From: Macrostomum lignano
Lineage: Eukaryota
NCBI GenBank assembly: GCA_002269645.1
Contig: NIVC01000470.1
Location: forward strand, 1 to 64,000
Direction of reading: 5' to 3'
DNA length: 64,000 bases
Made by a program: the position numbers and the translations under genes. The first letter of the stretch is position 1, and every line of letters starts with the position of its first letter. A model generated the notes under the pieces. The model searched no databases and was not told the DNA's origin. It saw nothing but the letters and a program-made list of their open reading frames with translations. This document shows positions 11,241-22,129 of the stretch, piece after piece.

Positions 11241-11775
11241 CAGAATTAAGTGGCGCCATGGCTAACTAGGAATCAGTGTGATTGTGGGAAGACACAATTA
11301 GAGAATAGAAAATGATACACAGAGAAAGCACAAGCTATATAAGCATAGATATCAATTCTATCCCAAGCAATAAAGCCGGTTAGGACGCCCTCTAGCAGAG
11401 CAGCATTATTAGATTAGTCAGCCAACGCGCGCACAAAAGAAATATCCTTGCCGGGGTCCAGGTAGTCAGCAAGAAAGAAAATTGCATTTTCAAAGTAATT
11501 CTCCAGTCCTGAATACGGACAGATACCCGCCTATCCAGCGCGACCCAAATTTTATTGCATTATAACGCATGGTCGCAATATTTTTTCTATATTGCCAGGG
11601 ATTATTGGGCTGGACTATATTGGCTTCAAGGTTTGAAGCAGGCCAGACCCAGTCGTTTTTTTAATAAATGAAGCCATATTGTCATATTTTAAAGTGCACT
11701 TGCCTTTAATATTAGGGATAAAAATGGGATCTCGAATATAATGGTGGGAAACGTAAAATCCATCGACGTCTGAAA

Positions 11776-12128
11776 CCCTGTAACCAGTGAGACCCTGTAA
11801 CAGGTGAAAACCTGTAACAGGTGAAAACCTGTAACATGTGAAAACCTGTAACAGGTGAAAACCTGTAACAGGTGAAAACCTGTAACAGGTGAAAACCTGT
11901 AACAGGTGAAAACCTGTAACAGGTGAAAACCTGTAACAGGTGAAAACCTGTAACAGGTGAAAACCTGTAACAGGTGAAAACCTGTAACAGGTGAAAACCT
12001 GTAACAGGTGAAAACCTGTAACAGGTGAAAACCTGTAACAGGTGAAAACCTGTAACAGGTGAAAACCTGTAACAGGTGAAAACCTGTAACAGGTGAAACC
12101 CTGTAACAGGCAAAAACTATGTAACAGG
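11776..12128. repeat. 17 bp self-complementary minisatellite (ACAGGTGAAAACCTGTA)
   Basis: Tandem units; ACAGGT and ACCTGT are reverse complements around GAAA. Confidence 0.96.
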
Positions 12129-12811
12129 TAAAAGGCCAATAGGTAAGAAACTGTTAACACACTTCGAAAAAACTATCAGGGTAGCCCCATAGTTCTAAAA
12201 ACAGCTGTAACTAGAATTCCAGTCTATTGAAGGTTAAATTACTCTACAATAGAAGCCATCACTAAAACTTCTTCCTTTCGTTTAACTGTTAATAAACCAA
12301 GGCTTAATTAGCAATACAAATAGTTGGCTACTGCCTTCAATAGGCGCATAAAGAGTTTCCTTTAGCAGCCAGATTGTGCCGCATACTGCAAACACTTGCA
12401 AACTCTGTCATGCACTCTCATCTCAACTTTCTCCCTCTATCGCTCCCAGCAGTTGAGTTGGTTTCGCTGCCCTTTCCCCGCCCAAAGCTTCTGCTGAGAA
12501 GGAATGGTTTAGAATTCCCATCGGAATGAGCTCGATAAGTGCGAAGCGAGGATTTTGTCGCGGCCCGAAGGGAGAAGGGAACGCGGGATTGAGCGGATGA
12601 GAAGGGGGAAGAGAAATGATTGAAGAGATGGCTAGGCTGCTGCATTTCCTCATCTAGCAGGTGCTCCCAGCTTCTGGCTTTTCAAGAGCGCCTGTCGACC
12701 CTCTTATGCATGTCACCTGCCTGTCTGTCTGCCTGCTTTTCAACATGTTAATAGTAGATCTGAGCACGTTGATAAAAATTCAGATAACTAAACACTAAGG
12801 ATGCTGATTTT

Positions 12812-14370
12812 TCTTGCATAGCTGAGATGGGGTGTGTGCATAGCTGGGTGTGTGCATAGCTGAGATGGGTGTGCGCATAGCTGAGATGGGGGTGTGCATG
12901 GCTGGGGTGTGTGCATAGCTTGGGTGTGTGCATAGCTTGGGTGTGTGCATAGCTTGGGTGTGTGCATAGCTGGGGTGTGTGCATAGCTGAGATGGGGTGT
13001 GTGCATAGCTTGGGTGTGTGCATAGCTTGGGTATGTGCATAGCTTGGGTGTGTGCATAGCTGGGGTGTGTGCTTAGCTGAGATGGGTGTGTGCATAGCTG
13101 GGTGTGTGCATAGCTGAGATGGGTGTGTGCATAGCTGAGATGGGTGTGTGCATAGCTGAGATGGGTGTGTGCTTAGCTGAGATGGGGTGTGTGCATAGCT
13201 GGGTGTGTGCATAGCTGAGATGGGTGTGTGCATAGCTGAGATGGGTGTGTGCATAGCTGAGATGGGTGTGTGCATAGCTGGGTGTGTGCATAGCTGGGTG
13301 TGTGCATAGCTGGGTGTGCATAGCTGAGGTGTGTGCATAGCTGGGTGTGTGCATAGCTGAGGTGTGTGCATAGCTGGGGGTGTGCATAGCTGAGATGGGT
13401 GTGTGCATAGCTGGGTGTGTGCATAGCTGGGTGTGTGCATAGCTGAGATGGGTGTGTGCATAGCTGAGATGGGTGTGTGCATAGCTGAGATGGGTGTGTG
13501 CTTAGCTGAGATGGGGTGTGTGCATAGCTGGGTGTGTGCATAGCTGAGATGGGTGTGTGCATAGCTGAGATGGGTGTGTGCATAGCTGGGTGTGTGCATA
13601 GCTGAGATGGGTGTGTGCATAGCTGAGATGGGTGTGTGCATAGCTGAGATGGGTGTGTGCATAGCTGAGATGGGTGTGTGCTTATGCTTAGCTGAGATGG
13701 GGTGTGTGCATAGCTGGGTGTGTGCATAGCTGAGATGGGTGTGTGCATAGCTGAGATGGGTGTGTGCATAGCTGAGATGGGTGTGTGCATAGCTGAGATG
13801 GGTGTGTGCATAGCTGATATGGGTGTGTGCATAGCTGAGATGGGTGTGTGCATAGCTGAGATGGGTGTGTGCATAGCTGGGTGTGTGCATAGCTGAGGTG
13901 TGTGCATAGCTGGGGGTGTGCATAGCTGAGATGGGTGTGTGCATAGCTGGGTGTGTGCATAGCTGAGGTGTGTGCATAGCTGGGGGTGTGCATAGCTGAG
14001 ATGGGTGTGTGCATAGCTGGTTGTGTGCATAGCTGGGGTGTGTGCATAGCTGGGTGTGTGCATAGCTGAGGTGTGTGCATAGCTGGGGGTGTGCATAGCT
14101 GAGATGGGTGTGTGCATAGCTGGGGGTGTGCATAGCTGAGATGGGTGTGTGCATAGCTTGGTGTGTGCATAGCTGAGGTGTGTGCATAGCTGGGGGTGTG
14201 CATAGCTGAGATGGGTGTGTGCATAGCTGGGTGTGTGCATAGCTGAGGTGTGTGCATAGCTGGGTGTGTGCATAGCTGAGATGTGTTCATAGCTGGGTGT
14301 GTGCATAGCTGAGATGTGTGCATAGCTGGGTGTGTGCATAGCTGAGGTGTGTGCATAGCTGGGGGTGTGC
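12812..14370. repeat. Variable 15-21 bp minisatellite (GTGTGTGCATAGCTG[AGATG]G)
   Basis: Tandem units; explains ORFs 12748-14432. Confidence 0.96.
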
Positions 14371-14662
14371 ATAGCAGTTATGTGCATGGCTGTTATGTGC
14401 TTGGCAGTTATGTGCATGGCAGTTATGTGCATGGCAGTTATTGCATGGCTGTTATGTGCATGGCAGTTATGTGCATGGCAGTTATGTGCATGGCTGTTAT
14501 GTGCATGGCAGTTATGTGCATGGCAGTTATGTGCATGGCTGTTATGTGCATGGCAGTTATGTGCATGGCAGTTATGTGCATGGCTGTTATGTGCATGGCA
14601 GTTATGTGCATGGCTGTTATGTGCATGGCAGTTATGTGCATGGCTGTTATGTGCATGGCAGT
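14371..14662. repeat. 15 bp minisatellite (GTTATGTGCATGGCA/T)
   Basis: Tandem units abut the previous array and share the TGTGCAT core. Confidence 0.95.
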
Positions 14663-15938
14663 CAGACTAAAGACAAAAGAAACGAGAGTGCTTCAAACTG
14701 TAAGCAAAGTGAAAGGCAGACTGTTCAGAATTCCATAGTTGGGAATCGAATCGAGTGGCCTAAAAAACAAAGAAAGCCATAAAGAAAACAGGTCTTTCAC
14801 ATTGTTTTCTTACTAATTAAAAGGAGCTAGAAGATTGCGTGACCAGCGCCATGCAGGGAGATGGTGAATGAGACCGGTCACTTCCGCTCCACTCAGCATC
14901 CTCTCCCATTATTGACTCCCTCTCGTGCACTCAGGAGAGCACAATCGATCGAGTTGGGAGCTGTCCCCAAAACCAGACCGCCTTTCTTCGCTTGGCTGTG
15001 CCTCAGCCATGCAGCCTATCCCCAGTGCTTACTACATAACTAATCTTTCCCACTCTGTCCATATTCGTCTCGGGAATTAAGTTTCAGCGAGTTATGCGAG
15101 AGGGAGAAAAATTGGGACAAGCCACTTCGGAAGCTGGGTAGAGGCTTAAGTCTGAAGTCCGGCATCAACAGCGGCGATGAGATGGCCTGAGAGTCGACAC
15201 AGGCTTTTTAAATCTCTACAAGACTTAATATAAAATGGTACGGCGAAACTTGGAAGTCGAGATAAACCCTATTCGATTTGCGCGCTGGTATAAACGCGCA
15301 CAGTGGTATAAGCGCGTATTCTGTTATAAGCGCGCCTTGCAGTTGTGCGCAGATTATTAACGAAAAGTAGCAGAAAAGCGCGCAGACATGAAAGTCAGTG
15401 CGCAAATTTTAAAACTGCTCGTATTGCAATATTTTCCCAACCCATACTTTCTGGTAAGGTCGTTATTTCCATCTCTATTCCCTATCTTTTCCTTCCCTCT
15501 CGTTATCGACTTCAGAAGGCGCTGTAGAAAGTAGAAAGTACCTAACGCTAAGGACCGTCAACCTCCTTTTTCCTCTTCATCAAGTCCTGCCCAGTTCACG
15601 GCTACACGCTCCTCAATTCCAAAACTCTCCCCCCTGTTTCCCCTACCATCGCCTACGCATTCAATGAACAACCCCCCCCCTTCCTCTCCAAAATTCTGCC
15701 GGTCGCCACTCTAGTTGGGAAACACGGCATGAAGAGCTGGCTACAGACAGGGGGCGATAGCATGAAGGCGCGCGGCGATCTCACTGTGAGCATAGCACAC
15801 TCTTATTATTCAACAGTCAAAGCAGTTTTAACAACTTTGACGGGCTGCTTGACTTGAGAGGCTTGAGGAAAAATAACTGATATTTGGAGAGCTAAAGTGG
15901 ATTAGGTGATGGGTTTCCTAACATGTGCGAGTCCTCCC

Positions 15939-16232
15939 GTGAGTCTCTGCCTCCCCCCCCCCTCCATGAAGCCTTCAGTGAGTCTCTGCCACCCACCCCT
16001 CCATGACAGGCTTCAGTGAATCTCTGCCACCCCCTCCATGACAGCCTTCAGTGAGTCTCTGCCACCCACCCCCTCCATGGCAGCCTTCAGCGAGTGTCTG
16101 CCACCCACCCTCTCCATGACAGCCTTCAGTGAGTCTCTGCCACCCCTCCATGACAGCCTTCAGTGAGTCTCCGCCACCCACTCCCTCCATGACAGCCTTC
16201 AGTGAGTCTCTGCCACCCCTCAATGACAGCCT
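15939..16232. repeat. About 35-40 bp minisatellite (CCCTCCATGACAGCCTTCAGTGAGTCTCTGCCACC)
   Basis: Tandem units in RPIA intron 2. Confidence 0.9.
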
Positions 16233-16310
16233 TTAGAAGAGCCCGTTAACCCTAACACATTCTGTAAGTCAGTTTTACAAATTAATCATAAAATATAAAT
16301 CAGTTCTTAC

Positions 16311-16371
16311 AGATTCTGTCGATCACATGCACCATTGTTCTGCCAGAGCCGATGCCAATAGTTTGACAATT
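16311..16371 (-). CDS. RPIA: Ribose-5-phosphate isomerase A, exon 2 (61 nt; not in the ORF track)
   Basis: NCQTIGIGSGRTMVHVIDRI matches RPIA [27 protein letters not shown] acceptor and GTAAG donor, phase 1 out. Confidence 0.92.
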
Positions 16372-16459
16372 CTAAAAAAATTTTCCAAATGTAAAAATGC
16401 CACAAATTAAAGTATACACTATACAATAACTAAATATTTCAAATGGAAAGGTGACTCAC

Positions 16460-16552
16460 TTGCAAGTGTTCATCAACAGCAGCATAGGCTGCCTGCTTCC
16501 TTGCAACATCCTTTTTGTAATCTACACTGTTGTGACGATTTGTGGAATTCAT
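16460..16552 (-). CDS. RPIA: Ribose-5-phosphate isomerase A, exon 1 (first coding)
   Basis: MNSTNRHNSVDYKKDVARKQAAYAAVDEHLQ matches RPIA AKKLAGRAAVENHV. GTGAG donor, phase 0. Confidence 0.88.
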
Positions 16553-18719
16553 TGTTCTTGTTTTTAGATTGTTTAATATTCAATGATTCATTAAAATATC
16601 AGCAATTTTTGTTTGGATGCAGCTGTTAATTGAATATACAACTATGAACATAATTAATTTATTTCAACCTATAACAAATATAAAAATTCATGCTATTCAT
16701 AAATCTTTTAAAATAAAATAAAATGATCAATTTTAGGCTAATGATGATATTTGCAGATTTGAATAGGCTAAATGCAACTAAAATGCCTATTTTGAATTAT
16801 AGAAATCAATCAAAATTATGATTTGCCTATTGTCTATGCTCATTAAGGCTAATTGTCAAAGCAAAATATTTTTATGTTTTTATATACTAGCAAACTGAAA
16901 TATCTTCTGCGACACTTATAGACTTAGACTATAATGATATATGCAACCTCTAAATGTCCTTTGAACATGCAAAACTAGTCCAAGAAAAATAGAACTGTTA
17001 TGTGTACTATATAGCAGCAGATGCTAAACTCCTAGCATATACCACTAGGCCTATCAATTATCAAAGCTATTATATTATATATACATAGTTGCATTGAAAT
17101 ATGACAATATTTTTTTTGAGGTGAGTATCTTATAATAATATTAAAATGCACATAGTATCTTATTACTATTATATACAAAGAAATAATTTGATTTAAGTTA
17201 ATATAAGCCTAATATAAACATTTTGATAAATATAATACTAAACAAATATTTTTTTTGTAATTATACAATATCACTTTATTAAACCTCCTTACTTTGTGCA
17301 ATCAATTTTTTATCAACTCCCTTGGCCACCTCCAAGTCTATTAAGGCATTGATATATATGCTAAAGGTGTGATCTGACCCTCCTATATATAGCATGCAAT
17401 GCTGTAAATTCTCACATATATGGTATACACTTAGGACTATAGGACAAGGCTAGATTTCCTACTATAAATAATAAGCAATTGGCTAAATTTTATAATTATA
17501 TTCAAGTAAAAGCCACAATATACTGTAAGGCCAATTTCATGGCCTACTTTTTTTCAAAGGGAGCAATATGACTTTATCTCTAGTATAAATTAACATTGCT
17601 CTGCCACCTATCATTATGACATTATAGTAAATATATTAGGCCTATAGTAAAGAAGAATATATTTTATCATCATAGTTGCCATATAAATTCATGAGCATCA
17701 TGGCATAGCCATATAGGCCTAGGCATAATCATACTTATACATAGTGATACTCAAATAAGAACAATATAGGCCCCCCTACAATGATTATATTAGATCAGGG
17801 CCTACTATTAAATCAATCATTACATTTACAAAATGATTTCACAATATATAAAACTTTTAAAAACTAACTATATTTTGTGCAGGCCTACATTATAAGTGAA
17901 ATTATGTACAATTATAGTCATAGATTAAGTTGCAAAGTGTGTTAGGCCCTGCTATAATTTAACTTTAGTTTTTTGGTACAAAATACAAACATGCATAGAA
18001 AATAGAGCAAGAATGAGGAATAGTGAGGTATCACCTCATATAAATAAGTTTGAATGATTCAATTGATACTTGTCTACTATCTTGATTCTCCAGATGTAAG
18101 TGTTGTACTGTACTAGTGCTAATTATATCCCTTTATAATAATATTCTTGAATATTCTTTCCATGTAATAGTTGTATAATCGAATAATATTGTAGCCTTTC
18201 TTAGAAATCACCTGTATAACTTTTGCTGACACATTTTCAGACAGATCTTCCGACACTTTTTATGACACTTAAAATGTTGCAAAAAGTGTCTGAAATAGTG
18301 AAAAGTGTCGTATGGTTAACTTCTACCAACATATCTTCCGACACTTAAAATGTTGCTTCTTAGAGCTAGGTGATGTATATATAGCTCGTACTATTCATGT
18401 AAGCTTATATGTATGTTTGTTAAGTACGCACTACGCAGCAGCCTGCAGTGCATGTTTTAATTGTGTTGTGCGTTTTTGTTATAAATGTATCGGGAAATCA
18501 GGGGTATATATAGGAGCAATTTTGCAGCAAATAAACTCTAACTGGCTCTTACCTATGAGCAAATATTGCAAACAAAATAAGCAGTTCAATCTATATGTTT
18601 CAAAGTCTTTCAAGTTAAATAGCAACTTATTCATTTACAAAAGCTGAGACTGAGAGCAGTACCAAGAAACTTGCTAAGAGAAGGGAATCGGGGAATAATT
18701 CACAGAAGTGTAGGCCTAT

Positions 18720-18860
18720 TACGAGAGGCGTCGTGACCCTCTAGTCTCATCTCAGTAAATGCCCGATCAGGACTATCTACTAATTCATGTACCAGTACTA
18801 GACTGCTCAGGCGATAAGCTACCAGAACGCTACTAAGAATGCTACCCAGAAATATTTACA
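18720..18860 (+). mobile_element. Left part of an LTR-like leader interrupted by the Helitron trimer
   Basis: GTGACCCTCT, ACTGCTCAGGCGA and GCTACCAGAAC...AAGAATGCT are shared with 600-750 and 2340-2600 (minus). Confidence 0.5.
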
Positions 18861-19353
18861 TCCTATATACTAAAAATGTGATGTCTATATATATATATAT
18901 ATGTGATAGATTAGAGAAAAAATGGCTGGACCGATTTTGTTCGAACTAGCACTGTTCGATCAGAAATTTTCCCGTGACGGTACATGCATCGTGGCTAAGA
19001 AATTGCTCGATGCTAAAGGCATTAAATATTCGAAAAACATGCTTTTTTGCAAAGGTCAAGCAAACTTTTTGACTTGAAATGCATTGTAAGAATGCTAGAG
19101 AAAAAACTGACTGGTTGAATTCTGACTCTGAAATAGATTGCATCATAACTGAATTGTAACTCTGACTTGAATTGAAAATGCAGTGTGGAAGCGTAGCACC
19201 AGACTTGATTTAAATTGCGTAACCATAATTGTTAACTGATACTGACTGACTGAGAAACTGATTATGTCATAACTGCTTCGTGTGATTTACTCTATGCTTG
19301 GATTTTAAAGTTTTGAATTATTTAAGTGCAAAATTTCATGTTATCAAAACGAT

Positions 19354-19415
19354 GAGAGCTAGCCTAGAGGTGAACAAACTGAACTGCCAAATGCAGCGAC
19401 GATGGTTCGAATTTT
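19354..19415 (+). ncRNA. tRNA-like A/B-box cassette in Helitron copy 1
   Basis: TAGCCTAGAGG (A-box-like) and GGTTCGAAT (B box), with a T-run about 15-20 nt downstream. Confidence 0.45.
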
Positions 19416-19489
19416 CATAGAGTATAATTTTTTTAATTAAAGCTTTTCAACGTCAGGAAAACTAAAAGACTTTTTAAAAAGAATTGCGT

Positions 19490-20410
19490 CATGTAAAATC
19501 ATAGAAGCGTCATTAAAAAATCATAGAAGCGTCATGTAAAAAATCGTAGAAGCGTCATGTAAAAAATCTTAGAAGCGTCATGTAAACAATCATAGAAGCG
19601 TCATGTAAACAATCATAGAAGCGTCATGTAAACAATCATAGAAGCGTCATGTAAACAATCATGGAAGCGTCATGTAAACAATCATAGAAGCGTCATTTAA
19701 AAAATCATAGAAGCGTCATATAAAAATCGTAGAAGCGTCATGTAAACAATCATAGAAGCGTCATTTAAAAAATCATAGAAGCGTCATTAAAAAATCATAG
19801 AAGCGTCATGTAAAAAATCGTAGAAGCGTCATGTAAAAAATCTTAGAAGCGTCATGTAAACAATCATAGAAGCGTCATGTAAACAATCATAGAAGCGTCA
19901 TTTAAAAAATCATAGAAGCGTCATATAAAAATCGTAGAAGCGTCATGTAAACAATCATAGAAGCGTCATGTAAACAATCATAGAAGCGTCATGTAAAAAA
20001 TCATAGAAGCGTCATGTAAACAATCATAGACGCGTCAGGTAAACAATCATAGAAGCGTCATGTATTGAATCATAGAAGCGTCATGTAAACAATCATAGAA
20101 GCGTCATGTAAACAATCATAGAAGCGCCATGTAAAAAATCATAGAAGCGTCATATAAAAACATAGAAGCGTCATTTAAAAAATCATAGAAGCGTCATGTA
20201 AAAAATCATAGAAGCGTCATGTAAACAATCATAGAAGCGACATGTAAACAATCATAGAAGCGTCGTGTAAAAATCATAGAAGCGTCATGTAAAAAATCAT
20301 AGAAGCGTCATGTAAACAATCATAGAAGCGTCATGTAAATAATCATAGAAGCGTCATGTAAAAATCATAGAAGCGTCAAGAAAAAATCATAGAAGCCTCA
20401 TTTAAAAACT
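19490..20410. repeat. 22-23 bp array (ATCATAGAAGCGTCATGTAAACA) inside Helitron copy 1
   Basis: Tandem units; the same family recurs at 28036-28935. Confidence 0.96.
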
Positions 20411-21264
20411 AATGAAAGTGTCATTTAAAAAATTAAGAAGCGTCACGGTAGAATAAAAGAAACGTCATGTCAGACATGAAGGGTTCATGTAAAAATTAAA
20501 TGCAATTATAGTGCTGTGCTGGCGAGAAAAACTGAGACGTAAAGGCTCTCAGAGAATAACTGAGATTACGGGGTGGGGGGGGTTTCTGAGATGTCAAAGC
20601 AAAAGTCAGAAGCTACTTCAAAGTTCATGTCACGGGGGGGCGCTGATAGAAGAAAAGTCATGTAAAAAATAAAAGTAGCACTATGTATACATAAAAGAAA
20701 AGTCATGTCGAAGTTAAAAGATTCATTTGGGAATTGCTACGATGTCAAAGCTTGGTGGAAATCGTTATAGTGCTGTGATTCTTAAAGAAGGAATCACTAA
20801 AATGTCAAGGCTTAGGGGAGAAGAATTGCTGAGATTTCAAGGCTTTAGGTTGGGTTAAAGTTAGGTTTTGGTCAGGTGTGGGTTGAGGGTTATATTTTAT
20901 CGGGTTTCAAGGTTAACAGGGGATTTTTTAGATTTCAATGTTTATGGGGGCCATTGCTGACATGTCAAGGCTTACGGGGGGAATAGCTGACATGTCAAGG
21001 CTCACGGGGGTATAAATAAGATTTCAAGGCTAAAGTCAGAAGCTACATGTAGTTTATTGAAAACTTTTTATTACATTATTTGATGCCTCCTCAGGGGAGG
21101 GAACGCTGATAAAAAAGCGTAATGTAAAAAATAAAAGAAGCTTCATGTCGAATTTAAGAGATTCATTTGGGAATCCCTACGATGTCGAGGCTTGCAGGGA
21201 ATCGCTATAATGCTGTAGTAGTGCTATAATGACTCTTAGAAAGAATTACTGAAATTTCAATGCT

Positions 21265-21326
21265 TTAGGGTTAGGTTAGGGTTAGGGTTAGGGTTAGGGT
21301 TAGGGTTAGGCTAGGGTTAGGGTTAG
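21265..21326 (+). repeat. Interstitial (TTAGGG)n tract within the Helitron tail
   Basis: About 10 units including one TTAGG and one CTAGGG variant. Confidence 0.95.
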
Positions 21327-22020
21327 AAGGTTGACAGATATTTTTAGATTTCCAATGCTTATTTGGGCCATTGCTGAGATGTCAAGGGGGGGGAGTTGAT
21401 ATGTTAAAGCTTGTGGGGGGGGGGGATTACTGACATGTCAAGGCTTACAAGGTTTGACAGGAGATTTTTTAAGATTTGAAGGATACATGTAGCTTATTAA
21501 AAAAACGTGTATTGCATTTCTTTGGCTCCCCAACGGGGGGCGTAGATTGCTTTCCTATATACTAAAAATGAGTTGTCTGTGGGTATGCGATAGATTTCAG
21601 AAAAATTGGCTCAACCGATTTTCTTCAAACTTGCACCATTCGATCAGAAATTTTCCTGGGACGGTACATGCATCTTGGCTAAGAAATTGCTCAATGTTAA
21701 AGGGATTAAATATTCGAAAAACATGCTTTTTTGCAAAGGTCAAGCAAAATTTTCGACTTGAAATGCATTGTAAGAATGCTAGAAAAAAACCTGACTGACT
21801 GAATTTCAATTCTGATAAAGATTGCATCACAACAAGTAGAAAACAGTGCCGAAGAAATGCACACACGACTTGATTTAAATTGCGTAACCAATATTGCTAA
21901 CTTGAATTGAAACTGATACTGGCTGACTGAGAAATTGATTATGTCATAACTTTTTACTCTAATTGACTTGCTGTAAGAATTGAATTATAAGGGCCACAAT
22001 TGATGTACTCCAATTGAAAA

Positions 22021-22080
22021 GAGATAGCCCAGATGCGAACAGACTGGAATGCTAATGTAGCGACCTGGGTTCGAATCTTA
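22021..22080 (+). ncRNA. tRNA-like A/B-box cassette in Helitron copy 2
   Basis: TAGCCCAGATG ... GCTAAT ... GGGTTCGAATC, followed by T7. Confidence 0.45.
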
Positions 22081-22129
22081 GTAGTGCAAAATAGTTTTTT
22101 TATTAAAACACCTTAAAAACACAAAACTT

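Larger units (their letters stand above)
18861..21552 (+). mobile_element. Non-autonomous Helitron-like element, copy 1
   Basis: Starts A|TCCTATATACTAAAAATG with the conserved head (CCGATTTT...TTCGATCAGAAATTTTCC...GACGGTACATGCAT). Ends with the CCCCAACGGGG hairpin and a degenerate GATTGCT end. Confidence 0.8.

Noticed and set aside
16330-16345. Possible nuclear AGA=Ser reassignment (AGA at the expected Ser in RPIA GSGST and in hAT PHSNA)
   Set aside because: AGA occupies conserved Arg/Lys positions in RPIA (DRI), Lbx (RRRKT) and CFAP144 (FRRLH), so the standard code fits.
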